From Eukaryota sp. GEM-RC1 (taxonomy: Eukaryota), in NCBI GenBank assembly GCA_040285855.1, contig JAUFOQ010000013.1, positions 62,001-126,000 of the forward strand: DNA of 64,000 nucleotides, in the 5' to 3' direction. The position numbers and the translations under genes were made by a program. Below the pieces are notes generated by a model, which worked only from the letters and a program-made list of their open reading frames with translations, did not search any database and was not told where the DNA came from. Below, in pieces: positions 40,965 to 54,201 of this stretch (positions within the stretch are counted from its first letter, which is position 1; the number at the start of each line of letters is the position of its first letter).

Positions 40965-41801
40965 TCATAAATCGAAACAGTTTAGAACCGATAAAGATTT
41001 AAAAGGAAAAGAATCCGAATTTTTATATGAATACTGATCTCCTTCGTGAAGATCTCTGTGCATCCTGCCAATACGAACAGAAATGCCAGATTTAGTAATG
41101 ATAGTTTTGCAACAATCGAGGCAGAAACATAAACTGAACTTGGAAAGAAACGAAATTGAATTCGTTTTTTGAGACGAAGTGATCTGGGCACTTACTCGAG
41201 TTAAAATGTTGATACATGGCTTTTTTTTGTACCAAGAGAAGAAGCACAATAAGGACTGGATAATAACTTCATTGTGGCGTTGGCTTCGAAGTTTGTTTGT
41301 TGACTGGTAATTCATTACGTGAAAGACATGAGACTTTGAAGTGACTTTTTTGTACAGACCAGGCACTTATTGTCTGTGATGAGAACTGTTAGAGGGAGTA
41401 CCAATTTACTTTTAACAAAAATTTTAAAGTAATTACTCAAGAAGCTATTGACCTGATTAGTGAGAATCTAAGTAAGATTCTTGACAAATCATCGGTAATC
41501 TGTTCAGCATCGGATAGGAGTGATGTTTCTCTACTCTTAGAATAAAAGGTTATGAAACTTTCCTCGTGAATGGGTAAAGTGAGGAAACACAGGATCTTGA
41601 AGAATCAGATGAAACTGTATGAGACCAATACATAAGTTTTGAGTTAATACAGTACCTAACTAGCAACAATTTGGATTGAAGAGGCAAACCAATTAATGAG
41701 TCAAAAAGAGGTAAAAGAGCACGACTTTTAGAGGTCAACCAATTTCTTTCAAAATATGTTCTTAAAAGATATGTATGACACTTTGCAGAAATTGCTTTCA
41801 T
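40965..41801 (-). pseudogene. CRE-like RLE retrotransposon fragment
   Basis: LLLVRYCINSKLMYWSHTV; zinc-finger remnant followed by RSQRHNEV. Confidence 0.7.
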
Positions 41802-41988
41802 TTGGGCAATCTTTTTGAGCTATGTTAAATGGAACTTCATCTGACACCTTAGCAGCAGATCCTACCCTCATGTTGACAATTGGTAAACCTTTAACAGACA
41901 ATAAGTCATACTATGACGTTCCAGGTCTTGTGAATATATCGTAGCCATTCAAAACGTACACGAGTCTATTGTTCCAACCCAACATTGA

Positions 41989-43297
41989 TTACCTTTTGGT
42001 ACGCTTGTTGAGACTTGTCTTATGAAAAAACTCATTAATAAGTAGAACCATGTAGTGAGCAAAATTTTCATGATCGTTCACCATGTATTTGTCGACAACT
42101 TTTAGCAAACATTTCCTATTCCAAAGAATGTTTTTAACAAAAAGCACAACATAACAAAAGCGGTCAACTGGATAACTTCTCAACACTTTACCTCCTGCGT
42201 TTTTCAACCAAGCAGTTGGTCTACTTTGGTTTTTGAAAACAGACAGAAGAACTTTCACCTTGGAAACTATTCTCTGAATCCAAGGTTCTGAATTCAAATC
42301 ATTTAAAAGTAGATTTAACGAGTGTGAGAAACCATGAGAAAGAAGGAACAGAGGTTTAAGTGGGGCAGCATTCTGAACCTTAGAGTGGATTAAATCTTTT
42401 GCTGAACTGTTGACACTAGCTCCATCCAATGCTAACATATAAAGATTTGGAGACCCGATTAGTATCTCAGGACGTAGATGTGGATCAGTAGAGTAAATTG
42501 AGATCATAGATTGAAGAAGATAAACCGCACGGTCCAACACTTTTGCAATATGTTCGGCGTTTGCCGAATCACCTTCTACGGAATAAAACCCAAGTAGAAA
42601 GAATTTACATTGCTAGATACAATGATATTATGGATTGGAGATGTTTTAGCCTCATAAGCATCAACGGAAATCTCTGCTCCATATGCCAGTAATGAAGGTA
42701 AGAATTTGTCCCGAACTAGAGCGCTGACCTTATCAGCTATGGCAGGCAAATAATCGGAGGACAATTTACGCCGTGTGGGGCCTAAGGATTCTTTAGGTAC
42801 TTGACATTGACGATGAGCCGTCGCAAAAATTTTCAGCGCTTTTCTAAAATACTGATCATCCACTAACTGATGTGGTAACCCATTGGCTGCAACAACCATA
42901 GCAAAGTCTTTGCCTATGGTGTCAATCATATCAGTTAAGGGGAAGAAGCTGTTAGTGATTTCCTTATCGCTCTCGGAAATAACGACTTCCTCGAGGATGT
43001 TTGTTCGTATAGATGACGATAGTTACTTGCTGTTTTTAACTTCCAGCTTATTGTTACAGTATTTGAGAAATTTCAACTGTTTTGCCGTCCAGAGCATCCA
43101 AGAAGATGACGTTTCGAAACGTTTCGGGTCGTGTTAGAGTTAAGAAAAACACAACGGTAGCCAATGCAAAAGAGAACGGGTTGTATCATAATTGTTGAGA
43201 GAAGTAATTTACCAACTGTATTAGCAGTAGCAGAGATGTTACCGCAACAACTAGAATCAAATTTATGAACCAATGCCGTTAGTTGATTGATCTTCAC
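41989..43297 (-). mobile_element. hAT-like transposase, frameshifted
   Basis: AANGLPHQLVD, ISVDAYE, LDGASVN, FSHSLNLLLND, YPVDRF; AAATAC-rich subterminal repeats at 43370-43410. Confidence 0.75.
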
Positions 43298-45929
43298 ATA
43301 CTAACCATGGATTTCAACGGTTTAAATAGTTAATTAGAGCAATGTTGAAATCTAGCGAAATTCGTTCAAAAAATACAAAATACAGTATAAATACACAAAA
43401 GTGTATTTTTCAGCTATGATTTGAAATACCAGAAATTATTTATTCAAATAAATTTAATAAATTATTTGAATTAAAAGATGAACAAGAAGTAATATTTATG
43501 GTTGTATGTATACTGTAGTTTGCAATTTTCACGGATATATGAAGGAACTAATTTCCTCACAAAATACCTCTTGTCCCTATATCTCTCATGGGCTTGAAGT
43601 ACGAGATGCTACTTAACCCAGACATCGATCTACGTATACTCAAGCGTCATGATTCTGAGCAGGTTAGAGCAATCTACACATACATATGGCTCGATAAATC
43701 TCAGTCCGAAGTCGCTCAATTCTGTATTTTATCTAGAACTATTGCAAATGCATTGGGAAAGACTCGTTCTTATAATTATAACGTGGTTGCTGACAACATA
43801 AGATTGCAGAATTTTACCTTGAGTCCTAAAAACTGCAATAGTATAGTATGATTGCGACCAAAATTGTATTGAGTGTGTTTTTTAGTACTTTTTCTTCAAA
43901 TAAATAACTATACATCAAATACATGTTGTTAGTGTCCTGACAAAGAATTTAATAACAACCAGTACCTACTTGCTTTCTAAAAAAATACTCTTTAACAGTA
44001 GAACAATACATCGAGCAAAATTTTTATGAGCGTTTACCTAATAACTAACTGTTTTTGAATAGTTTTACATCAATGAGACTTCTTATTGGGATTTAAAATC
44101 AGCTGAATATTGTTACCGGCTTTTTGATGGAGATCAAAATACAAATTTTATCTGGTTTCTTGAATTTGAAGATTTTGATCTTGCCTATATAATCTTGCAT
44201 GTGTGAATTTATACCGAATTTCCAACATTTACAGAAATTGATTTTTTGTAGGCAATTTCGACAGTCTCCTACTTTTTTACACTAGTCTTTACTTCTTATA
44301 TACTTAATGTTTATTTTTAATGCTCAAAAAACTACAGAAAAACACATTCATCCATCTACGTGTACAACATATGAGATGACACGAGGTCACGGACCTAAAT
44401 TAAGGAACTACTCCGTCAAAAAGAAAATCAGGCGACATTGATTCCTCTTAAAGTCCAACGTTATTTCTCTTGGTTAGAATGTATTTTATGTGATCAATTG
44501 ATCTTCTACTTCGTTCGTTTTCAAAAGACATGCAAATACTTTACATTGACATATGTTTGTTACAACACATTTGTTAAATGGTCTAATACTTTCTTCGGTT
44601 CTGTCAAAATTGGAATCCCATAACAATTGCAGGAAAGCTGTTACGCCATTGTTATCTACTCCTAGAAGTGTCCTGATACGAGACTCGACTATCTGGGTTT
44701 CTTTGCTACTGCTCCAAATCCACTACATCCCATACTTCTTGGGTTTACTCATTTTGAGTCTGCGATGTGAGACTCTTTGTCATTCTCGTACCTGGGGTGA
44801 GATTGTCAACTTTGCTTTGAGTAAGTGATACTTCCACATAATAAATTCTCTTCCTTTCACACTTAACTCGCACATAAGCTCTCAACGTCTTGAATGGCTA
44901 TGAACCTTGCTTATAGCTCAACCAATCTTGATGACTACTTTCAAATTATAAGACATCCAGTTAAGAACAACAAAGGAAACCATATTCATGGAAGTTACAT
45001 GTGTCAGGTTTGCGACCATAATGTTACTGGCAGCAAGTGACGAAGAGTCTTGCACTTCTTGGATACTTCAACTGATGTAAAGAAATGTCCTAATCCTCCC
45101 GAAGCTCTGCTACAACAATTTAATTTTGGCAATATTTCATCGAGAATAGAACAAATACATAGAAGAAAATGAATATTAATTACTCTTGAAATGTTTCAGT
45201 TCTATTCAAAGGCTGACATTGGTTCAAAAAGAATATCCGAAACAGTGCTATGTGTATACAATTGAGTACTTACATGGTTGTTTTGATAAATTGTTTCAGT
45301 ACAAGATCGCTAAAAACTGAACTAGTTTTATTGTTCATACTTGTACACTCCAAATGTAAGCGACTTGAACGATTCCGAAATCAGCAAAACTTCTAAGTTC
45401 ACAATTTTTAAACTCGAGCAGGTATCAGTTTATTCTGAAATGAACTCATCCGAAAGCAAAAAGAACTGGTCAATTACACAGGAAGAACTCTACGTGATCG
45501 TAGCCACTATTAACCTAACCTGAGTTACCTTTAACTTAATCTCAAAATCAAACGACTACAAGAACCTCGCTAACTTATTCACAAATCTCGTATTGTTAAG
45601 TGATAGTTTCCGACTTTATGAGCCCTCGACTTTGACACATACAATGTAGATGATGCTTCCAAACTAATTGCAGACCTTTTGTCCCCTACAGTTCCCCCAA
45701 CGAGGTCAACTAAAGTCACAATCATGACCACCTTTGGAACAAACTCGTGACTCGGCCAGAGGCTTAGTAAGCAAGATTAGTAGCTAGTTTCGATACAACA
45801 TGAACAGAAGACGTACTAAGAAATGTACCCAAAAAAAGAATCAAATTGTGACATTCAGAGTGAGTAAAATTTCTTTCTCCACCGACTCAAAATCACAAAA
45901 CTAGAAAAAAAATTGTACCACTGTTGGTG

Positions 45930-46772
45930 ACGTGGTTATAACTGACTGGATGGAGAATTGATTATGCTTCATGAAAACCCAAAACTCTAAGTGACTGTAA
46001 GAGAGAATGTCTATTTACTACAAAAAACTGAGAACTCAAAACGCCTTATTTGATTACTGTATCACTTTGAATGATGAAGTGTAAACGTGATCAAGTGTAA
46101 GATATTAGCCAACATCTACATAACTCGAAAAACACTTCAGTTCTGAGGTTTTAGAGATGGACAGGGTTGATTGTATACACTTACTAGTCATTCAAGATTT
46201 CAAACAATGACAGACTCTCGAGGAGAAACCTTAAAGTAACGGTAAGACACCCTCGACTCATCACTGTTCATATGTTGGAAGATCGATCAACGAGACCCTC
46301 ATACTAGGGTAGAATGCAATCCAAAGAAGGAAGGGGGATGTGGGGAAATGTAAGAGACATGAAAAGAGGACCCATAAGCAACGCCATACTACCATTAAAA
46401 GTATCTTTCACGGCGACTTGAGGATGTAAGAGAGTGAGTGGAGGAGAATTCTCTTTCCCCATTATGAAGCACTTATCTCATAGGGAATGCTGTTTTGAAA
46501 GCATTGTGGTTGCCGGGCTGTCGTTTTAGTCGTGTTGGTTCTGTAGTAACGTCTTAATAGTTCTATCCATCGATATTCTTCCACTTCATCTCCTTGTCTC
46601 TCTTAACGTCAGCTTCATCTTCTCCTCCATACTGTTCTCCCCCTTCACACCGCCGTAACTTCTCGTCGTCTTTCCATCACGTCTCTCATTGATCTTCACA
46701 TGGTTCTTGTCATGATCTCTTCTTGGTGACGTCATCTACTATTATACTAACTCATTTCTCTTATTCTCAAGA
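45930..46772. repeat. ~0.84-kb dispersed repeat, copy 1
   Basis: Direct repeat of 51893-52740 (e.g. CTCGAGGAGAAACCTTAAAGTAACGGTAAGACACCCTCGACTC). Confidence 0.9.
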
Positions 46773-47589
46773 CCGTCTCAAATCTCTAAGTCTCTCGTCC
46801 TGGTCACGTGCTAACACGTGATGTGGGTTGTTACACTTCCTATACAAATCCTTTATTAGTTTCGATGTTAAAAGTAATTTTTATCATGTTGTTTTGTTTA
46901 AGATTTGCTTATAATGTTTTCTATGAAGTTTTTCATTTGGCATCTAGTATCATTGACTTCATAAAATTCGTATTTGTCGATGAAGTGTTTGACGTCTCTC
47001 ATACTGATGACGTCATCAGTGACGGTCATGTTTTAAAGGTCAGGTTCGAATTCTACGGTTTTTCGTAGAAAGTGGATGACGTGTCTCTATCTGACGTATC
47101 ATCAACAAAATCAGTTACAGCAACCATAACAACACAAAACTTCCTTAAAACAGCTAAATTGAGTAAATATACATCGACTTCCTCTTCATTGATTCTAAAT
47201 TGTTTAAAAAAGTTCTGACCTGAAGTTCCAACATTTTCCTTGTTGTGTATAGCAGACAATATTCTTTAGCGTTTAGCCATTTTAACCAAATGATGTTCGA
47301 AGTGATCCATGAAATAGTGGATACCAGCTCCACATTTTAAAAAAGTCCATAAACTATAGGAAATTAACGTAGAATAGTTTCATTTCTGAATCAAACTAGC
47401 ACCCTCAAGAAGCCAGTTAGGCCAGTTGTAACTGGGTTCTTTAGAAAACACCCTCCTTTTCTATGGTAAATCATACCCTAAGAGTCTGATCGTCAAGTAA
47501 ATCAAACTTTCTGCATCTACAGACGGTGAAAAGTAACCGCACAGTTGAAGAAGAGATGCAGCGTGATATCAACCAGAGAAACCCTTTTG

Positions 47590-47790
47590 TTATCGAGCTT
47601 TTTTCCTGGAGCTGTAATGTCCAAACTCAAAATCAACGAGGGCGATGATAGGGTTTCCATTAGTGGGTTTAACCAAGATGTTTTGAGAATGAACATCACC
47701 ATGTGTGATAGAGTGACTATGGAGAAACGCGAAAGATAAGAAGATGCGTTGGATGACCAAGGATCGGAAAGTGTGGTCATACTCTGAGTT
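47590..47790 (-). pseudogene. Protein-kinase-like fragment not shown in the ORF track
   Basis: Manual translation: FAFLHSHSITHGDVHSQNILVKPTNGNPIIALVDFEFG, matching the catalytic loop and a DFx motif. Confidence 0.65.
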
Positions 47791-49299
47791 CGTAATTTTT
47801 TTTATATTTTTTATATTTTAAAATTTTTACTCTGATCAGAAATAGATCAGAAATAGGAACATAGTCACCAATAAGACGTTCCCATGTGTGTTCTCGTCAG
47901 AAGAGAGTACACTTACAAAATGAAGGAATGTAGGAATCTCACAGTCATTGAGCTTCTGGTGAATCGGAACTTCTCTGAGGCTTCTTTTTCTGAAAGCCTG
48001 AGGAAATCTTTCTCGTTGATGAATAGATGAGTTGTTCTGAAGATCGTTTGTCATTTGAAGGTGAAGAAGTGAGATTCTATGCAGCCTCTTTGGTACTTAA
48101 TTTTCTTCTGAGTTTCTACATGATAGTTGCTACCCAGTTTTTTTCAGAAAGGAACTGTTGCGAACTGTCTTTGTCGATGAACAATATCTACATCTTCTTA
48201 TTTCAACCGTAACTTACTATGTGTACGCGCAAGTCATCCAATAAAGCCAGTTACACTGAACAAGCGTTCAAAAGAAATTGATGTTGCTGCGATCTTAGAC
48301 AGTACATGAAAGTTAGTTTGGTGTATTTTTCACCGAATAAGTGTATCTTCATTCAGAAATTCTCTTAAAAATCTTCAATATCTCAACTTCATCAACATCT
48401 TCTCTTTCAATCTCAGTATCTGTATCAATCATCTCTTTCAGGAAGTTGCTTTGACGTTCAGAATTGCATTGGTTAATCTTCAACTTCTATGACTTCATCG
48501 TCATCAGGATCAACGGCTTGATAGACTTTTGCCACCATTCTTCGAATTTCAAGTAAGTAACCCTCAGGCTTCAGTGATGATGGTATCCGTTGGTATCCAA
48601 TACGAAGTTCAACAAACATTGCTACAAACGAAGTGAAATTGTAGATGGGATCCTCGTATTTAGTGATCGTAGCTACAACTGTCATTGGCAATTAGTCTTA
48701 CCAAGACTAATTCTTGATGATTTAATTTTGTCCTGGTCAATTTCAAGTTTTATTGACACAGTTTTTGTGATAAACAAGTAACAGAAAACTATTCTAGATC
48801 AATAACATCATCTTCATTGGGTTGTTGTACATCAACTTCCACAATATCCTCTTCAACAGGTACAACGTTGTGTTCAACCTCAAGCGGTTGTCCATCACGT
48901 TGCGAAGATCTTCTTGTTCTGGAAACGTTTTCGGAGGAAAGTAGACCATCAAAGTTTGACCGATAGTTTCTTATAATTTCTTGTGCGATAGGCTAAAAAC
49001 TTAGTTTTTTTGGTTGGTACCTTGAGCTTGAATTTCCATGATATTGTTTCACACTTTGATTAAAATTGATCGTGATATTTCACCAAGTTCTCTATGAACT
49101 TGGTGAAATACATTGATCTTCCTAAAGGAATAGACCGTTTTCTTCTTTCATCGTCCGTCGTAATTCTCATTAAATTACAAACTTTTTATTTCCAGAAAAT
49201 TAGTAATCTTCTGAACTGCCCTATTAGTGGTTAAAGTAGATATTTAGATTGAGATAAGAAACCAGATTTGGGAATGATGAATAATCATCTTTAATACGT

Positions 49300-50529
49300 C
49301 TTTCCACTTCATCATATTCTGGTTCTGTTCCAGCCAAAATATACCTCCTTCAATCGTGGAAGCAAAATTTGGAAACCTCTTTCAGTTCCAGATAGAAATC
49401 CAACAACGTTTTCACAAATATTCTTCCACAAGTGCCAAGAACACAAATTACGTCAACTATGTGGTAGTTGGTTTTTGATAGATGCCATAATGGCTCTATC
49501 ACTGTCAGTTACTACAACTGCAGGCAAAAATGGATTCAGAATCTTCTTAATGACTTGAAGACACCAATCATAATCAACAATTTTCTCCCCTGAAATTAAC
49601 ACGAATCATAAATGAAAAACGTTTTCGAGATGTGTTGTACCAACAATCGCTAATAGTGGCATCTCTTTAACAAGTTAGAGTAGTACATGTTAAAGTTTTA
49701 TAGGTACAATCCAGCCGTGAAACATATGGATATGTTTTCCACAAATTTCTATTGTGAATAAATAAAAAATGTGAAATAATTTCTTTTTGTTCTGTCCCAT
49801 TTGAGCTCCACAATGTAGCTGGAACTGTGCGATTAATTAACTGATTAATTTCACGTATAATATCAGGATCTGTTTGGTACAGATTAGTTCTGAGATTTAT
49901 GAATGTTTTTAACATTAATGGGCAATCTGAGTACTTAAGTTTGAGAAACTCGAGAACATCAGGTGCCGGAATTAATGCCTTCAACATCTGACCAGCAAGC
50001 TGTAGTGCTTCATCGCTCAACCATGAACGACTGAATGTGGCAACTGCAGCTTTACTATTAATAACGTTATGATTATGTTCAAACACACATTTATCTTCAT
50101 CAGTGAACCAGACATATTCTACCTCTTGTGATAACTTCTTCTTGGCTTCATTGTTCAAACAAATCCCATCAGGCAGTTTTCTACGAATCATAATTTGAAA
50201 CTGTCATCCACATTTTTCGAGGAGGTCAAGCATAGTGCAAAAACTGTAGTACAAGGATATTCACTACCAGTGGTATCGCCAGATTTACGTTGACGTGGTT
50301 CTCCAGCTTGATCACAAAGAAAGAGTGTAGATTTCTCTTTGCTTCTGCATATTGAAAGGGCAAAATTACTGGAGAAAGTCCTGTCTTGAATTGCAAGATC
50401 AACATGATCTTGACGATTGGTATATGAGTTTGCTTCAGGAAAAACATCGGTAATGGTAATGGTGTCCGATTTATCATTGATATGAGAAGACATCTGTGAG
50501 ATAAATCGGTGGATATGAGAAGGAATCAA
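49300..50529 (-). mobile_element. Mutator/MULE transposase, frameshifted
   Basis: FEHNH, LDCTYKT, MPLLAIVG, SGEKIVDYDW, VVVTDSDRAI, LCSWHLWKN. Confidence 0.85.
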
Positions 50530-51360
50530 GCAGGGTAAGAATTGTTGTATGGAAAATAAATTGTCGTCCGTGGGGGGGTATATTTAGTCTGGACCTTTCT
50601 TGAAGTTGAGGATACAACTGAGAAATTTGTCATTGTCCCCACACCGTATATGGTCCCCACGATTTTAGAGCAAAAGAGTTACCTGAAGCATGTTGTCTTG
50701 AGTTAACATAATCAACTGATTCCTTATCAAAATCCAACAGTAATCTTTTTCCTAGATTGTTGATCTTCTCTGAGCCTTCCGCACATAGATCACTTTCAAT
50801 TAGCTCCAACTATTGAGCACCCCATAATCTCTTTTACTCTTTTTTTTAATAAGGATAAAAGAGTCACAGGGTTGACATAAATCAGTTGCGATCCGAGGTA
50901 GAAATTGGATTTTCTGTATACAGTTTGTCAAGACCTTCTTGACTTATGGCTACTGACATTGTCACAAAACAAGAATTTGTTATTCAATAGACATCCCTTT
51001 GTGTTCACTTTTCTTTCAGCGAAGTACTTTGTTTTCAGCGAAGGCGTTTGCTAATACATCGGAAGATCTTGGTCAGACATGAAGAAAGAATTATATGTAA
51101 AATGAAAACAACAATACTACATCTACTGGTTCTGAAGATAATTGCTGATTATAATGGCAAGGTAAAAGTAAGATTGCAGTACAAAGGTTGCACTCAAAAT
51201 ACATGTCTAAACACTTGAAATTTATTGTTTGTAAACCAGGTTCATAACATTTTGTAAGTCGGTTCAAGCCAAGTAAGTTAACAGCCCGACTTCAGACATA
51301 ACTCGTGACTTTTGTTTTCATGTTTAGTTGCTGATACATAAATACCAAGCAATAAATAAT

Positions 51361-51580
51361 GATTAATGGTGACTCATTTTTTTAGAAAAAATAATTTTTG
51401 AATGTCTTTATGAACTATAATGAATTTAACGTAGTCATTTGGTTCCACTGCATCTTAAAATACTAATAACGATTAATGGTGACTCATTTTTTTAGAAAAT
51501 ATACTTTTTGAATGTCTTTATGAACTATAATGAATTTAACGTAATCATTTCGTTCCACTGCATCTTGAAATACTAATAAT
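51361..51580. repeat. 110-bp tandem duplication
   Basis: GATTAATGGTGACTCATTTT...TACTAATAA at 51361 and 51471. Confidence 0.9.
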
Positions 51581-51892
51581 TGAGATAACATTTAACATCA
51601 AAGTATTTCAAAAAAACAATTTTCTTGCGGAATACTAAATGGACGATTTTCATAAATATCTTGATCACGTCAGTCTCTGAGACGCTCAATTTCCTGAGCT
51701 GGCATCAGGTCTATCGGGGTGACACTTACAAATTACAGTCTTGGTGATTGTAACAAGCCGAAGAAAATTTATATAACAACATTAAATTATTGATTATTTG
51801 TAGCCTTTTATGTCGTTCTAACTATAATTTAAGAAAATATCAGTGCTAATGGTATAATTGTTTGTTATTAGTAGAGTTAAAAGAACTAGTAA

Positions 51893-52740
51893 ACGTGATT
51901 ATAACTAACTGAATATAGTATTGATTATGCTTCATGAAAACGTAAAACTATAAGTGAATGTGAGAGAAATTGTCCATTTACTACAAAAAACTGAGAACTC
52001 AAAACGCCTTATTTGATTACTGCACCACTTAATAATGAAGTGTAAACGTGATCAATTGTTAGATTAGACAACCTCTACATAACACGAAAAAACACTTCAG
52101 TTCTGAGGTGTTAAGGATATACAAAGTTGACTCACTTACTAGCATTTCTTTCAAGATTTCAAACAATGACAGACCCTCGAGGAGAAACCTTAAAGTAACG
52201 GTAAGACACCCTCGACTCTTCACTGTTCATGTGTTGGAAGATCGATCAACGAGACCCTCATACTAAGGGATAATGTAATCCAAAGAAGGAAGGAGGATGT
52301 GCGGAAATGTAAGAGACATGGGAGAGGACCTATAAGCAACGCCGTACTACTAGAACAACTACCATCGACAGTATCTTTCGCGATGACTTGAGGAAGTAAG
52401 AGAGTGTGTGGAGGATAATTCTCTCTCCCTATCATGAAGCAATTCTCTCATAGAGAATGCTGTTTTGAAAGCATCGTGGTTATCTGACTGTCGTTTTAGT
52501 CTTTCTTTGGTTCTGTAGTAACATCTTAATGGTTCTATCTACCGATATTCTTCCACTACCTCTCCTTGTTTCTCTCAACGTCAGCTTCATCTCCTCCTCC
52601 ATACTACTCTCCCCACACTGCCGTAGCTTCTCGTCGTCTTTCCGTCACGTCTCTCATTGATCTTCACATGGCTCTTGTTATGATCTCTTCTTGGTGACGT
52701 CATCTACTACTATACTAACTCATCTTTCTTATTCTTAAGA
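51893..52740. repeat. ~0.84-kb dispersed repeat, copy 2
   Basis: Direct repeat of 45930-46772. Confidence 0.9.
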
Positions 52741-53524
52741 TCACGTGTTTTTGGATTCTTGAAGTATTTTACTTTTAATCATTACAGTATCAAGCGTAAT
52801 CATTAACTTCACTTAGAATAGCTATTTCCTAGAGTATCTGCTTTTTCACTTGAAGTTTACTTTTCAAAGAAGTAAACGAAGTTTCAAACACTTTACTAAA
52901 CTTGGTTTTTGATTTAATCTTGGTGACACTCTACAAACACATTGTATTAGATATCACTATTTTACTTGATTCTACTTGTTCAGCACGTAAGTATTTGTTG
53001 TTGAGGGTTGTTTACTGAATTGTTTGACGTTCTGATGTTTTTATTACAATGTTTTTCTTTAAATACCAGTGCTATTTTTGGTAGTCAAATTCTATTATTC
53101 AATTTCCCTTTGAATACTTGTTTAATGTGTAGTTCTATTCGATGGAGGAAGGAATTTTTCACCATTCAGGACTTCGCTTATTTTAAATTGATTTCTATGT
53201 TACTTTTTCCATTGTTTAGATACCTTTATTATTTTTATTCTAGTCGATATTGAAATTATTTGATATTGAGTGTTTAGGTATTGCATAAACCAAATTACCA
53301 ATTAACATTAATTATAAAAAAAATTATTCAATAAATCTATGGTGCAAGTTTTTTAACAACCATTAGAAATGCACGATCTAAATCTGATGAATCCATTAAA
53401 AGAATTCTATGAAATGAATTACTATCATATTCAATTCTCTTCATTTTCTTCTTAGGTTCCATAGATCCTTCAAGTTCACGAAGACGTGCATATTGAGCTT
53501 TTAAATACTCATAGTACGTCTCAT

Positions 53525-53707
53525 TTACTGGGACAAATTTTGGTTGGACAGGGAGGGAGAGGGCGAAACAGGGATTTCTTCTTCTTCGGAAAATTCTTCT
53601 TCTTGAAGATTTGAGATTTCTTCTTCATGTGCATTTAATCGTTCAAGTACACGATCGAATAAACGATCAGCAACTGCGTCGAGAAATTCAGCAATAGGAT
53701 CAGACAT
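53525..53707 (-). CDS. Small acidic cassette ORF (probably longer, frameshifted)
   Basis: MSDPIAEFLDAVADRLFDRV...EEEFSEEEE; bipartite motif upstream (plus-strand TCA at 53730/53749). Confidence 0.5.
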   Translation of the reverse strand: MSDPIAEFLDAVADRLFDRVLERLNAHEEEISNLQEEEFSEEEEIPVSPSPSLSNQNLSQ

Positions 53708-53774
53708 CTTATCTTACTTTAAATAATAATCATTTTTGTCAGCCCTAATCATTTTCCTTCAGATAAAAAATAGA

Positions 53775-53792
53775 TAATGGACGAATCCATTA
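53775..53792 (-). terminator. Intergenic hairpin TAATGGA-TTCG-TCCATTA
   Basis: Perfect 7-bp stem; identical copy at 54595-54612. Each lies after a stop codon and before the next promoter-like motif. Confidence 0.45.
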
Positions 53793-54201
53793 AAAGAATA
53801 TTTATTATTGTATAAGGAATTTATCAAAAAGTAGGGCACGAGATTTTAATGTATTATAATCAATACGATCAACCCACATATAATCTTCGGGGATCGAAGG
53901 AAACTGCTGACTATCATAATCAGAATATTGGTCTTCTTCGGGATAATCATCATAATCATCATATGACTATTCAATGGGGGATTCAAGATCTTTGGTTTTG
54001 TTCTTTCTTCGTTTGGTTATTATCACAACAGTTGCAAAAGGGGAGCAATGCAAATAAAGAGATAAGCGAACATCTTACTTAAATCATTAATCACTTTTAT
54101 TAAGCCCAATCATTTTTCTTTCGGAAATTAATATTAATCATTTTCCTCCCAATAAAAAAAATAAGTGAAATGAATTAAAGAATTTATAAACTAATAATAC
54201 A

